A DNA stretch of 64,000 nucleotides from Cyanophora paradoxa CCMP329 (taxonomy: Eukaryota > Plantae > Glaucophyta): assembly GCA_004431415.1 (NCBI GenBank), contig QPMI01000607.1, positions 12,706 to 76,705 of the forward strand, given 5' to 3'. Positions within the stretch are counted from its first letter, which is position 1, and each line of letters begins with the position of its first letter. The notes under the pieces are model-generated. The model saw only the letters and a list, made by a program, of their open reading frames with translations. It did no database searches and had not been told where the DNA came from. Made by a program: the position numbers and the translations under genes. Shown here one piece after another: positions 1 through 12,600 of the stretch.

Positions 1-1088
1 CTCAATCCTCCCATCCGCGAGATTCTGTTTAAGAGATGCATGAACTCTGTGCATGCGCCTGCAGCTGGCCGCGAGAACCTCGCCCCTCCCCTCAACACTC
101 TCCTGTCAATTTCCTCAGCGCCTCCAGGTCAACTACAGCTAGCTGATTGGCAGCACCATCCCTCCCCTCATTATATTCTCTCAGCCCCAGCAATATTAAT
201 TCCCCTGATTACATAATTATATTCTCTGAGCACAACTCCTCTCAGGACAACTCCTCCCCTAATTATATATATTCGCTCTCAGGATCCCTCCCCTCCCCTT
301 TCATTTCATCGCCCCGCCAGGCGCCACCCTACCCCACTCGGCCCAGCTACGACGGCCCGCGATAAATAAGGGGACCGGGACGGGGACCGCGGCGACTCAT
401 GAAATAAATACGGGCGGGGCCGCGACGGGCCGCGATGAATAAGGGGGACGCGAAGGGGGCGGCAGAGGCTTCGCCCGATGGTTGGGACCCGCAGGGGCCC
501 AGGGCTTGTCGGGCGAAGCCTCTTCCGTAGGTCGATGGTGAACGGGCGAAATTATTTTTTTTCCACTCGAATCCGATTGGTCCGAGCGTCGAGCTTGACA
601 ACCTCCACGATGAAGGCGAACGGTCTCCGACGTTACATAGCTGAACACGGACATTACACTTATTTTTGGACTCGTGGCTCCCCTCAAATTCCGTCCGGAC
701 TCCTGGGTCCCCGCGCGAAAATCGAATTTCGCTCCTGGATCGATTCCGGTATTTATACCCCCGGTTCGATCGCGAAGCGCCAAAAAGTGGGACCCGGTCC
801 CGCCCGGTCCCGCGACGAAAGCGCGCCAGGGATGTCCCAGAACGGTCACAATGACAGCCAAGAGCGCGCGCATTGTGGCAAGCTCGATTTCGGCCGCCGC
901 CGACGCTCCACTCCAGAGAGTCGGCCGAAATTTTGATCCTGCCGGTTCCGCCCGGTCCCCCGACGCGCGCAATCGATGCGTACTGGCGCGCATAGACATA
1001 GCAGGGCCTGCGCACTCCAGATATCCGCTTTTCGCAGCCGGAACAGCGCAGGAATGTGCCCGATGGCAAAAATTCGATCCTGCACGGC
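1..1088. repeat. Complex GC-rich satellite, partial monomer left of the LINE insertion
   Basis: 1-300 matches 10195-10500 and 470-1088 matches 10920-11658 (without the 120-bp duplication). The ORFs here recur in the other copies and are shadows of the repeat. Confidence 0.92.
1074..1088 (+). repeat. Left target-site duplication (TCGATCCTGCACGGC, 15 bp)
   Basis: Identical 15-mer at 9610-9624. The empty satellite copy at about 11644-11658 has it once, joining the same two flanks. Confidence 0.93.
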
Positions 1089-1530
1089 GAAAATCTCTTG
1101 CATTAGCACACAACACAACTACAATGAGTTTCACATCGCCCAATAAATCTCTCCGACTAGATACTATCGAGGACCGTCGTATGCTGTGCTTTAGAAAGTA
1201 CAAAATGAACGAAAGGTTTGAAGGTTTCGTGTCTAGATATCTAGCTAAGGAGGTTTCTAACTAATACTAATGATGTGGAAGCTAGCTGTATCGATTTCTA
1301 AACCAACCTAAACTCCCGGCTACGAGGTCCTATCTCTACAAAAGACTCCCAATCATGGTATGTCCGCCGCCAGCGCTGCCAAGGGCCTCGCCGCGCCGTG
1401 TGCCAGGCTCCTCGCCAGCCCCAGTAGATTGGGCTACTGGCCGCCTCCTGCCGTCGCCTCCGCCGCCTCCATTTGTTGGTGTTGCGTCCTCCGGCCCCGC
1501 CCCCAGACCGCAATCCCCCAGTGTCTCCCT

Positions 1531-4500
1531 CTAGCGCGGGCGCGCCCTCTGTGTGCCCACGCCCCAAGCATACCTGTTCGTATGGTCGTATACTTGCATG
1601 GCCGCTGAAGCCCGGACCCAGCCGTAGTCGTCTGGCGGGCAGCTCAGGTGTGAGAGGGCTAGGGTTTCCCCGCCTTGGTGGCGGGACTCGAGGGCACCGC
1701 ACTCCCTGCAGCGTTCCCGCTGCCGGGGCTCCGGATCCGCGCGCTTCCTGCGAGCGTTGCCAGCCGTATCGTCAGGCGGCGCGTCGGCCTCGCGCCCGCG
1801 CGCCTCAGTGCGCTTCGCCTTGGCGCGACGTTCTTTCATGACCTTCGTGATCCCGCACGCCTTCTCCCACTCCGCGTACGCCTGGCATCTGGCGGCCCAC
1901 GTTTTATGGGCCTGCTCGCCTATGGCCGTCGTCAGCTTGCGCACGACCTGGGCAGCTTTCTTGGCGTCCGTGACGGTCTCGCGAATCATATCGGTGAGGC
2001 CCGCCGGGGGCAGCCCCCGTAGCACGCACATCTGCGCCTGCCGTTCAGCTGCCGTGAGCGTCGGGTCGTTTACTCTCGTGACCTTCAGGGAGCTGGAGAG
2101 CGCGTGTGGCACTGACCGCTTCTGCGCGCCTTCGAGGGCCTCGCTGACCGTCGCTGCGATGCGTGCTTCCGCAGCGGTGCGCGCCTCCGTCGCCACCGCG
2201 CTGGGGCAGGTGAGGACGTGCTCCAGCGTCTCCTCGGGCCCAGTCACAAGCTGGGGCCGGCCGTCGCCATCGATTTCCCGTGTGCTGCAGAGCGCACAGA
2301 GTCCTGCCGGGTTCACTTCGCTGTAGAGCTCGGGCGCGTCTCGCTTGCGGACGAGGGCCGTCGCCACCGTACCCAAAACGAGTTTCATGTGCGTACCCCG
2401 GAAGCAGTTGCTCTCTCGGCTCACTCCGACTCGGCGGGGCCCCATAGCCATCTGATCGTATACTGCGCCGTGATCCACTGGCAGCCGTAGCCACTCCCCG
2501 GCCTTGAGCTGGTTCGCCCACGCGAAGTGCGTGTGGTGCGCGTGAAGCACAGCGGCGTGCCGCCGAGGGTCGCCTTCGACTCGCCTGACTATCCCGGTCG
2601 GTCCCTCGATCGTCAGCACTGCCGGCATGCTGAACTCGGGCGGCAGGAAGATGTTCTCGTCCAGTTCCTCCTGTTCCAGGTGCGCGCCTTGATCGGCCGC
2701 TCTGTCGGCGGCGTCGTTTAGCTCGTGCATATCCTCGTCGCTGTGCGCCTTGACCTTGATAACCGCAGCCGGCCGCTGCCGATCCCGTCCCATCACCAGG
2801 GCGCGGAACTTGGACCACGCGTACAGCTCAGCGCTGCACGTGTTCCGGATGTAGTCTCGCATGTGCATATCGTGCGCATTCAGCACGAACTTATCGAACC
2901 ACGTGCAGACGTTCTGACTGTCCGTGTGCAGGCGCACCCCTGCGCCGCGAGCACGTCGGCGACGATCGCAGCCTGGAGCTCAGCCTTGTTGTTCTCTTGA
3001 AGCCCGCGCAGCCTGCCAACGTACGTGCCTGCCCATTCCGGGTGGTTCGCCACGGTCCCGTCCGGGAACTCAGCCGGGCTCACGACGCCGAGGCCCGCGT
3101 GCGCCCCTTCCGTTTGACCCTTCTTCAGGCTCCCGTCCGTCCATATCCACTGCTCGAGTTTCCCCGGGCGACGGCCGAGCTTCGCGAGTTCCGCCTCTTC
3201 GATCTGCTCCCAATTTGCCAGCATGTGCTGCCAGTAAACGGTGAGGGTGACCCCTTCCTGCGCCGCCCGGGAGTCCCAGTGGCGCGGCGCTCCGCCCGCG
3301 TAGTAGAGTTCGCTCTGCTCTGCTGAATCTGACACAGGTTGTGCCTCGTCCCGCGGCTCGGCGCCCGGCGTCGCCGCCGCAGCCACTTCCAGCGCGGCCT
3401 GCAGCTCAGCCTCGGCCTCCGGGCTCAGCTGTTCGCGGAGGAAGCGCTCGTCACCATCCTGTACGGCTTTCACGCGGGCCTGGAGAAGCAGCGCCCTGCG
3501 TTTCTCGTCGTCTTGCGTGCGCAGGCCCGGGTCGTAGTACTCCAAGGTCGGTCGCAGGGCGACCTGCTTGCGCCCGCGCTTCGACTTCGTCTCCTGACCC
3601 GCCGCTACCGCCGGCGTCTCCTCCGTCGGTTCGCCTTCCAAGGCGAGGAGGGTATCCTCCTCCTCCCACCAGCCCTTCCCGTGCGTCCACGAGCCGTCGC
3701 ACTGACTCATTTCGGGGCAGCGCGATGGAGCATTGCGCGTGCACCGGTCGTCATGGTGCCAGTACTGCTTCCCTGTCCCCTGCACCGCCGTGTACGTGCT
3801 CGTCCGCCCCTCTATTTCGGGGTGCCGGCAGTGACCGTCGCACCGGCAGTAGAGTCCCTCTTTCTCCGCGTCGGGGTCCGCGCCCTTTGGCACCGGCACC
3901 CAGTGCTCCAGCAGGTACTCCGACGCTAATATGCTGCCCGTCTCGGATTTGAACGTAACGACTCGCCCCACGTGGGGCTCGGCAGATTCATCGTGCAGTT
4001 GCTCCGCCTCAAATACGGCTACGAACGCGTCCTTTGCCCACTTCACCTTCCGGGCCCCGCCAGGGAGCGAGGCCATGGCTGACGCGCGCTCTCCTGCCCG
4101 CCGCATCGGGTGCCGCAGCTGCTTCCCATCAACCGCGAGCGCGTTCGCTACCTCACGCCACCACGCAGGCTCGCTCTTCTGCAGCGTTCCCTTGGGCGCG
4201 CCCATGTACAGGTCCTGCCAGGTTCGCAGGGTCTCGCCGTCCGCTGCCGTCACCGCGTCCATGGTCGTCACGCCCGCCCCGTACAGGGCAGGGGCCGCGA
4301 CGCTGAAGACGGATCTTGGGATGTGCATTGCCACGACGTAGCGCCGGTCGAGGCGCTCCGGGTCAGGCCAAGGCTCCGCCCCGGGCAAGGTGCGGAACGC
4401 CGCATAGCGCGCGTGATTCGACATCAGCCGGTACTTACGGCGCTGCATTTGCGGCATGATCGCCGCCAGGGAGTTCCCGCGGGCGAGTTCGCTGGAGATG

Positions 4501-4949
4501 GGCGCGTTTAGGAACTCGGTCGGGAGCAGAGGCACCCCAAGCTTCTCCTGCAGTGCGCGCACCCGGTGCCGTACCCCCCGAGCCAGCAGCGAGCCCTCGG
4601 GCGCGCAGAGCCGGATCTGAGCCTCTGTGATTTGCGCCTCCGCTTGCAGGTGGGCTGTTCGTTTGAGGCTGTACCCCCCGTGGCTCCAGATTGCGTAATT
4701 CGTCGTCGAGGCGGCGAGGTTCCCGTGGTGCTTGACGACCCTCATCCAAATACGATCGAGTTCCTGGCACTGACTCTCGCTCAGGGTCATGAGCTTCAGG
4801 CCGTACGAGATGCGGGCCTGCACTACGGCCTCGACAAGGTAGCAGGCCTCGTTCGCGGTGAGCTTCTTGCGTTCTATCAGCGCGACTGCGCCCCGCGCCT
4901 GATCGCAGATGTACTGCCACTGACGATCCCAGTTCAGGTTTGCGCTCAT
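1531..4949 (-). CDS. LINE polyprotein part 3: tether, RNase H and CCHC zinc finger (shift at about 2940)
   Basis: RNase H motifs IWTDGS, NNKAELQAA, LHTDSQ, KVKAHS and NDAADRAA. Knuckle CALC...ETLEHVLTC, followed by W-x-x-RC...WEK-x-x-GIT. Confidence 0.88.
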
Positions 4950-7092
4950 GTATACCCGAGGAGCTTGAAGTGCTCTTGGGGCTGGCGGACAAGTCCGACG
5001 GGGGTACCGTTGATCTTCGGCGGGGAGGGCTGCTTCTCCTTCTTCTTCGCGGCGGGGTGGGCCCCAGGTTTGCTCTCAACTTCGCGACGTGCGTTGTTCC
5101 ACGTGAAGATCGTCTTCTTCGCGTTGACCTCGATATCGTGCAGGCGGAAGAACTCGCCGGCCACGTCGGCCTGGGCCTGTAGCCCCCGCATGCTTCCGCT
5201 CATCCACTTCGTGTCATCGGCGTACGCCACGCCGCTGACGCGGGCCCGGCCCTCGCGTTCCGCAGCATCGGTCTCCCTCGGGTTCCCCATCACGTACGCC
5301 GTGCCCGGCTCCTCCCAGCTCTCGGGGTGGGCATAGTGCTCTATCGTCTTTGCCGTCTTCTTTCCGTGCTGGCGCTCGTGCTGATCCAGGCGCTCTTGCG
5401 CGCAGAGGAGGGCATCGTAGAAGATCAGCCAGTGCAGCGGCGACTCGACACCGCCCTGCGGCAGCCCGCACTCGAGCTCGAACTCGTCGGAGAGGCCGTG
5501 ACCGGAGATTGCCCGCGCCCTGCGGCGCCGGAATATGTTCCTGTGGAGCTCGATGTACCCCTCGGGTACGTTCAGCCTCCGCATCGAGAGCTCCATGCTC
5601 TCCCACGAGACGGAGTCGTACGCTCGCCTGATATCCTGCAGCAGGATGTACAGGGCTTCTTGAACTCCTTCGCGTCCTCGAGGACTGCGTTAAAGACGTG
5701 GAGGGCGTCGTCCGTCGAGCAACCAGGTCTGAAGCCGTAGTTGGCCCCTTTCAGGAGCCCGTTCTGATGGATTGTCCGGGACAGGCGCGCGTTCAGGAGG
5801 CCAGTGGTCAGCTTCAAGGCCACCTCCTGCAGGGTGATCGGTCGCAGGTTATTTTCGATATCCCCGTCCCACTCCCGGCTCTTAGTAATGCCGAGAATGT
5901 TGCCCTGACACACGGCATCCGGCAGGTCCCGGAGGCGGATCGCTTCAGCCACCAGCGAGAGCAGCAGCTTCCGGTCCCAGTGTACGGGCTCCTCTTCCGT
6001 GGCCTCCTCGGCGCTCTCGTCGGCTGGGCTCGGGCCCTCCGGCGCTGGGCCACCGGCCTCGTCGCCCTTACCGTCTTTGGGCTTCGGCTTGGGCACCGGC
6101 GCCCATAGGAACTTTACCATAGCATACGAGAAGTTCGACGGCCCGGCTGCCGTGTTTCTTAGCGTTTTAATGTAGTCGCCGAGCTCGCCTTCGCTCGGCA
6201 CCGACATGTCGTTTCGGAATAGTTCAGGATCCGCGTATGCTTTTGGCTCGTATTCCAACCTCCAGAAGTCGAGCAGTTCTTTCCCCATGCTATCCTTCAG
6301 CGCGCTTTCCGGTATTGTCTCTGGGGTGCAGCCCACGCGTGGGCGTCGGCGCCGGCACCATTTCCGCCAGTGCTCTTTTAGGAGTCGTTTCACTTCCTCA
6401 GGCTCCGTGTAGATTTCATACGTTTTTCCGTCCTTGGACACACGCGTGATGTGCATGATCGGGCGGTTTCGCGGCTTTTCTAGCACCGCGGCTATATAGG
6501 ATCCGAGCTGGCGGCCGTCCATGAACTTGTCTAGCCTCTCTTTTAATGCCCTCTCGACGTCCTCCGCCTGGAGCGCCCGGCGGATTTTCTGCAGGTCGTG
6601 CCGCGTCCGGTTTCGCCATACTTTCAGCTCCCGGAAGAAGGTCGCCCAGTCTTCTTTGAGCTGCCGCCGGTGCACCTCGGCCCAGTCCTCTTCCTGATCA
6701 GCCGGGGGGGTACCTGGGGACCGGGGTACGGCTGGGACCGGCGCGGGGCTACCGCTGCGCGAGCCTTGTGAGCTGTGCGAGCTCGAGTGCGCATGTGGGG
6801 ATCCGGGCGGCGGTGAGCCTTGCTCAGCCCTTGCTTGGCGCCGTTCAGCCGGACGGAGCGGGAAGGGTCGGAGGCCTTCCCTGGCGGTCACGTAGTGCAG
6901 CAGCTTCTCGATCGCCTGGACCGTCAGCTCCGACGGGATCCCGCCTGGTTCCTTCCTCCAAGCAGCGAGAATGCGGGCGACTCTGGCGTCGGCCTTCGCC
7001 TGCCACGGCAGGTTGCGCGGCTTGGTCGGCTTCCCCCTCGGCCCCTCATGCATAGATGTTCCTTTGCCACCTCCTGAACAAGGCTCGCGCAC
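4946..7092 (-). CDS. LINE polyprotein part 2: reverse transcriptase (two frames, shift at about 5650)
   Basis: TAAGPS, LRPITL, NYGFRPG, QDIRRAYDSV (read across the shift), GLPQGGVESP, AYADD and FKLLG. Confidence 0.92.
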
Positions 7093-8531
7093 GCAGCGTG
7101 GATGCGGCTCAGTCGTTCGAGACGCTCTTCCGGCGTGCCCTCGCCGACGGCGTCAAGGTCCGCCCCGACAGCTTCGCCGAGCTGCCTGTTTAGCTCTCTT
7201 TTCAGCTCATCTTTCTCGTTTTGTGTGCGCTTCAGGCCGTCCGGGTCAAATACTGGTGGCCCGGGTTTCGGTTCTGGCTTCGGTCCCACCGGCGCTGTCA
7301 TGCCCGCCTCCTTCAGGTCGAAGTCCGCGAACGCTGGATAGTGGTCCGAGTCGTGCGGCGCATCGACCCACGCGGGGCACGTGTGCGCGCTGAGGAGCAC
7401 GTGATCCAGTGATTCCGAGACCAGCACTGCATCGATGCGCGCCGCGTGCCAGAGCGCATCTTTTGGTAGGTCAGCCGGCGTTTCCTCCTCTGCTTCGCGT
7501 TCCGCGTCCTCTGACTCGTCTACGCCGTCTGACGGCACAGGTGCCGCCGCCGCCCCGACCGACGCCCCTTGGCCCTTGCTTCCGTGCGGGGTGCGGTGCG
7601 TGATCTCGCGTGCTCCGCAGAGAGTTCCGTCATCATGTTTCGCCGCGTGGGACATCCCGGCGTCGCGCAGGTCCCACGAGTCGATCATCGTGTGCCACCA
7701 CTTCCGTTCGGCTTTGTGGCTCTGGGCCAGGGCGCCGTTTCGGATGCGCGAGCTCGACGGGACCGGGACCGAGTTCCAGTCTCCCAGGAGCAGCAGGTGC
7801 GCGTTTTCACGCTCGTAGAAGTCGTCGTACATCTTCGTCAGTTCTTCGACGACCTTCTCCTGATCCTGGCGATGCGCAGCTTTGCTCTCGGACGCGGGCA
7901 TGTACACGCTCGCCACGAAGAGCTGGAGGTTCCCTTTGAAGCGGAGCTCGAATCCGATCAGCCGGCCCTGGACCTCGTACTTCGTCGTGAGGTGCTTGAC
8001 CCATTGCGGCGCGACCCAGAGAGCGGCGCCGCTCCCTCGCGTTCCGTCTCCTGATTTTAGCGTGTACAGGAGCTTTCCGTGCGTTATCGCGCCTTCCGGC
8101 TGGAGCGGGTCCTCCCCTCTCGACCTCAGGGCGGCGGCCATCTGGGGCCTTGTCATCGACAGCTCCTGCACGCCCGCTACATCGACGTCCCAGCGGCAGC
8201 AGAATTCTTCTAGCTGCTGCAGCTTGTAGGCGCTGGACCCTCTCGTGTTGAAGGTCATGGTCCTCAGCACCCCGTCCGGTTTCTGCTTCCTGATAGCCGG
8301 CTCGTCCCCTATGAAGTCGCCACCTTCGGGGAACAGTCTGGGGGGAAAGACATTCTCCAGACGGAGCGTCGCAGCCGCCGCGGGTCCCGCGCCCCCGGCC
8401 TTCTTGTTCAGCTGCAGCTTGGTTGCATTTTGTTTCTTTTGGCCCGTCGGCTTGCTGCCGGACGCCTTTGTAGGTGGGGCTGCTTTTGCCGCGGCGGGGG
8501 CCGCGGCCGCAGATTTAGTTTTCTTTTTCAT
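6924..8531 (-). CDS. LINE polyprotein part 1: apurinic-like endonuclease (EEP fold)
   Basis: Motifs TFNTRG, GVQE, SVYMP, LGDWN, RIDAVLV and SDH. Shifts frame at about 7085 into the next part. Confidence 0.9.
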   Translation of the reverse strand: MKKKTKSAAAAPAAAKAAPPTKASGSKPTGQKKQNATKLQLNKKAGGAGPAAAATLRLENVFPPRLFPEGGDFIGDEPAIRKQKPDGVLRTMTFNTRGSSAYKLQQLEEFCCRWDVDVAGVQELSMTRPQMAAALRSRGEDPLQPEGAITHGKLLYTLKSGDGTRGSGAALWVAPQWVKHLTTKYEVQGRLIGFELRFKGNLQLFVASVYMPASESKAAHRQDQEKVVEELTKMYDDFYERENAHLLLLGDWNSVPVPSSSRIRNGALAQSHKAERKWWHTMIDSWDLRDAGMSHAAKHDDGTLCGAREITHRTPHGSKGQGASVGAAAAPVPSDGVDESEDAEREAEEETPADLPKDALWHAARIDAVLVSESLDHVLLSAHTCPAWVDAPHDSDHYPAFADFDLKEAGMTAPVGPKPEPKPGPPVFDPDGLKRTQNEKDELKRELNRQLGEAVGADLDAVGEGTPEERLERLSRIHAACASLVQEVAKEHLCMRGRGGSRPSRATCRGRRRPTPESPAFSLLGGRNQAGSRRS

Positions 8532-9609
8532 TTAGTAACATTAGATGCGTGGACTTTTTGCATCCCAGTGCCCCCGCGGATGTGCACGGGAAAGCTATGA
8601 CCTGCGGGGCAGATACCGGTGGTGCGGTTGACAAGGCCTGAGCGGGGAGGTTACAGGCAAGCTTAAGCCTGCTAGAAGTGAAGGGATTCTCATTGTCAGA
8701 GCACAGAGCACAGAGGGAGCACAAAGGGCGGTGGCTAGCGATGCTCATGATCAAATCTAGACGCCGGCTAGCGCTGCGGCAACGGCCGCTTGCTGGGGGC
8801 ACGCGCATATGCAGCCGGGCGGAGCGCGGGGCCAGCGACGAGGTCAAAAGGGCTTCCTCGGACAAGTCTTCGACTTGCAGGTCGTACTGGCTATGGTCTG
8901 ATAGCGACGCATGCGCAGCTGGGCTGCTCTGCGCAACGAAGACGTGAACGTCAACGTGCAATCTCGAGGGCAGCAGGGATTCGTCGGCAGCACTTCTTTC
9001 AGAGACTAAGGCGGCATCCGGGGCGCGGCGTGGTCGCCGGCAGGAACTGGCATGGATCGTTTGCACTGCGGGCACGACTGAGTCGCCGGAGCTTGACCCG
9101 GGGCCGGGAAAAGCTCGATCGGCGAAGAGACATTCCGAATCACGACTCGAAAGTCGGAGATCAAATTCCGTGGGCGCCCGGCGGGCCACCGAGCAACAAG
9201 CGAAATCCCGGCGGGCCGAACGGACGTACGCGGCGGCGGCGGGGATCTAAGTCTATGTTTTAGAGGGTCTGGGCATGTGCACGCCGCCGCGAGGGAGCTT
9301 GCGCAGGCAGCGGGGGCACGAGAACTATTCAAATTTCGGGAACATGGCGCGCGCCAGAGGGCTTCCCCTGACTGAGAACAACTTCTATTCCATGGATTTG
9401 GTGGCGAAAGGTCCGATTTTAGAGCGAAACGCGAGAGGACGGCCGGCATACCTCCATCTCCGGAATTCCGTTGATGTCGATACCACCGGGCGCGCCAGGG
9501 GCTACCGAATGCTTCTACGCTAGCCGCTGGTCCCGCCGCGCTTTTGCACGAGCAGGAAAGACGTTTTCAGGAAGCCCCCTTTTTTTGGGGTACACGAAAA
9601 ACTCTGACC

Positions 9610-9624
9610 TCGATCCTGCACGGC
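9610..9624 (+). repeat. Right target-site duplication (TCGATCCTGCACGGC)
   Basis: Identical to 1074-1088. The satellite resumes directly after it. Confidence 0.93.
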
Positions 9625-12600
9625 CCCGGACATCTTTCCGCGCGCCGACGTCGCGGCGCATGCGCGGATCAATAGTATAAGCATTGGAGATGTAGAAAAT
9701 GCATTCTCCATGCTTAACTGATGCGCCGGGCCGCCAGGATCCAGCCGACCCCAAAATTTGATCCTGGACGGACCTGCGCATCTTTCCGCACGCCCTCGCG
9801 TCCTCACCCATGCCCATCGCTACAGTATTTATTAAACATCTTTTCAAAGCGTTTCGCAAGCTCTGCGGACGCGACGGAGCACGAGAACCCAGCCGACGCC
9901 AAATTCCCCATCCTGGACAGGCCTGCATGTATTTTCGCGCGCCCTCGCCTCCGTATCCCTGGACATCGATCATGTATGTATCCGAGAGTCTGTTTAAACG
10001 ATTCACAAGCTCTACGCATGCGCCTGGCCGCGAGATTCTCAATCCTCCCGTCAACGCTCTCCTGTCAATTTCCTCAGCGCCTGCATGTATTTTCGCGCGC
10101 CCTCGCCTCCGTAGCCCTGCACATCGACAGAGAGCGCATTCCAGATTCTGTTTAAGCAATTCACAAGCTCTACGCATGCGCCTCGCCGCGAGATTCTCAA
10201 TCCTCCCATCCGCGAGATTCTGTTTAAGAGATGCATGAACTCTGTGCATGCGCCTGCAGCTGGCCGCGAGAACCTCGCCCCTCCCCTCAACACTCTCCTG
10301 TCAATTTCCTCAGCGCCTCCAGGTCAACTACAGCTAGCTGATTGGCAGCACCATCCCTCCCCTCATTATATTCTCTCAGCCCCAGCAATATTAATTCCCC
10401 TAATTACATAATTATATTCTCTGAACACAACTCCTCTCAGGACAACTCCTCCCCTAATTCTGCTCCCTCTCAGGATCCCTCCCCTCCCCTTTAATTTCAT
10501 CGCCCCGCCAGACCCCACCCTACCCCACCCGGCCCAGCCACGACGGCCCGCGATAAATAAGGGGACCGGGATGGGGACCGCGGCGACTCATGATTTAAAT
10601 AGGGCATGGCGAGGGGCGGGCCGCGACGGGCCGCGATGAACAAGGGGGACGCAAAGGGGGCGGCAAGGGCTTCGCCCGATGGTTGGGACCCGCAGGGGCC
10701 CAGGGCTTGTCGGAAATCCAGATCGGAAATCCATATATTCCCTCTCAGGATCCCTCCCCTCCGCGGCCGCCAGGCCCCACCATACCCCACGTGCACCCAG
10801 CCACCGAGAGCCACGACGGCCCGCGATAAATAAGGGACCGGGACGGGGACTTGGGGCAAAGGGAGGGGCGGGCCGCGACGGGCCGCGATGAACAAGGGGA
10901 CGCCAAGGGGGCGACGGAGGCTTCGCCCGATGTTTGGGACCCGCAGGGGCCCAGGGCATGTCGGGCGAAGCCTCTTCCGTAGGTCGATGGTGAACGGGCG
11001 AAATTATTTTTTTCCACTCGAATCCGATTGGTCCGAGCGTCGAGCTTGACAACCTCCACGATGAAGGCGAACAGTCTCCGACGTTACATAGCTGAACACG
11101 GACATTACACTTATTTTTGGACTCGTGGCTCCCCTCAAATTCCGTCCGGACTCCTGGGTCCCCGCGCGAAAATCGAATTTCGCTCCTGGATCGATTCCGG
11201 TATTTATACCCCCGGTTCGATCCATTACACTTATTTTTGGACTCGTGGCTCCCCTCAAATTCCGTCCGGACTCCTGGGTCCCCGCGCGAAAATCGAATTT
11301 CGCTCCTGGATCGATTCCGGTATTTATACCCCCGGTTCGATCGCGAAGCGCCAAAAAGTGGGACCCGGTCCCGCCCGGTCCCGCGACGAAAGCGCGCCAG
11401 GGATGTCCCAGAACGGTCACAATGACAGCCAAGAGCGCGCGCATTGTGGCAAGCCCGATTTCGGCCGCCGCCGACGCTCCACTCCAGAGAGTCGGCCGAA
11501 ATTTTGATCCTGCCGGTTCCGCCCGGTCCCCCGACGCGCGCAATCGATGCGTACTGGCGCGCATAGACATAGCAGGGCCTGCGCACTCCAGATATCCGCT
11601 TTTCGCAGCCGGAACAGCGCAGGAATGTGCCCGATGGCAAAAATTCGATCCTGCACGGCCCCGGACATCTTTCCGCGCGCCGACGTCGCGGCGCATGCAC
11701 GGATCAATAGTATAAGCATTGGAGATGTAGAAATGCATTCTCCATGCTTAACTGATGCGCCGGGCCGCCAGGATCCAGCCGACCCCAAAATTTGATCCTG
11801 GACGGACCTGCGCATCTTTCCGCACGCCCTCGCGTCCTCACCCATGCCCATCGCTACAGTATTTATTAAACATCTTTTCAAAGCGTTTCGCAAGCTCTGC
11901 GGACGCGACGGAGCACGAGAACCCAGCCGACGCCAAATTCCCCATCTTGGACAGGCCTGCATGTATTTTCGCGCGCCCTCGCCTCCGTATCCCTGGACAT
12001 CGATCATGTATGTATCCGAGAGTCTGTTTAAACGATTCACAAGCTCTACGCATGCGCCTGGCCGCGAGATTCTCAATCCTCCCGTCAACGCTCTCCTGTC
12101 AATTTCCTCAGCGCCTGCATGTATTTTCGCGCGCCCTCGCCTCCGTAGCCCTGCACATCGACAGAGAGCGCATTCCAGATTCTGTTTAAGCAATTCACAA
12201 GCTCTACGCATGCGCCTCGCCGCGAGATTCTCAATCCTCCCGTCAACGCTCTCCTGTCAATTTCCTCAGCGCCTCCAGGTCAACTACAGCTAGCTGATTG
12301 GCAGCACCATCCCTCCCCTCATTATATTCGATCTCTCAGCCCCAGCAATATTAATTCCCCTAATTACATAATTATATTCTCTGAACACAACTCCTCTCAG
12401 GACAACTCCTCCCCTAATTCTGCTCCCTCTCAGGATCCCTCCCCTCCCCTTTAATTTCATCGCCCCGCCAGACCCCACCCTACCCCACCCGGCCCAGCCA
12501 CGACGGTCCGCGATAAATAAGGGGACCGGGACGGGGACCGCGGCGACTCATGAAATCAATATGGCACGGGAAGGGGCGGGCCGCGACGGGCCGCGATGAA

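Larger units (their letters stand above)
1089..9609 (-). mobile_element. Full-length non-LTR retrotransposon (LINE), single ORF, APE-RT-RNase H-CCHC type
   Basis: Bounded by a 15-bp TSD within the satellite. Encodes APE, RT, RNase H and a zinc knuckle in LINE order. About 1.08 kb of 5' leader and 0.44 kb of 3' UTR. Confidence 0.93.

Noticed and set aside
1531-2300. Dualen/RandI-type second (restriction-like) endonuclease after the CCHC finger
   Set aside because: No PD-(D/E)xK motif is visible downstream of the zinc knuckle.
8515-9609. LINE ORF1 or a 5' HDV-like ribozyme
   Set aside because: The ORFs at 8515-9189 and 9006-9449 lack gag knuckles or an RRM and begin at non-ATG or weak starts. 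I could not fold an HDV pseudoknot by eye.
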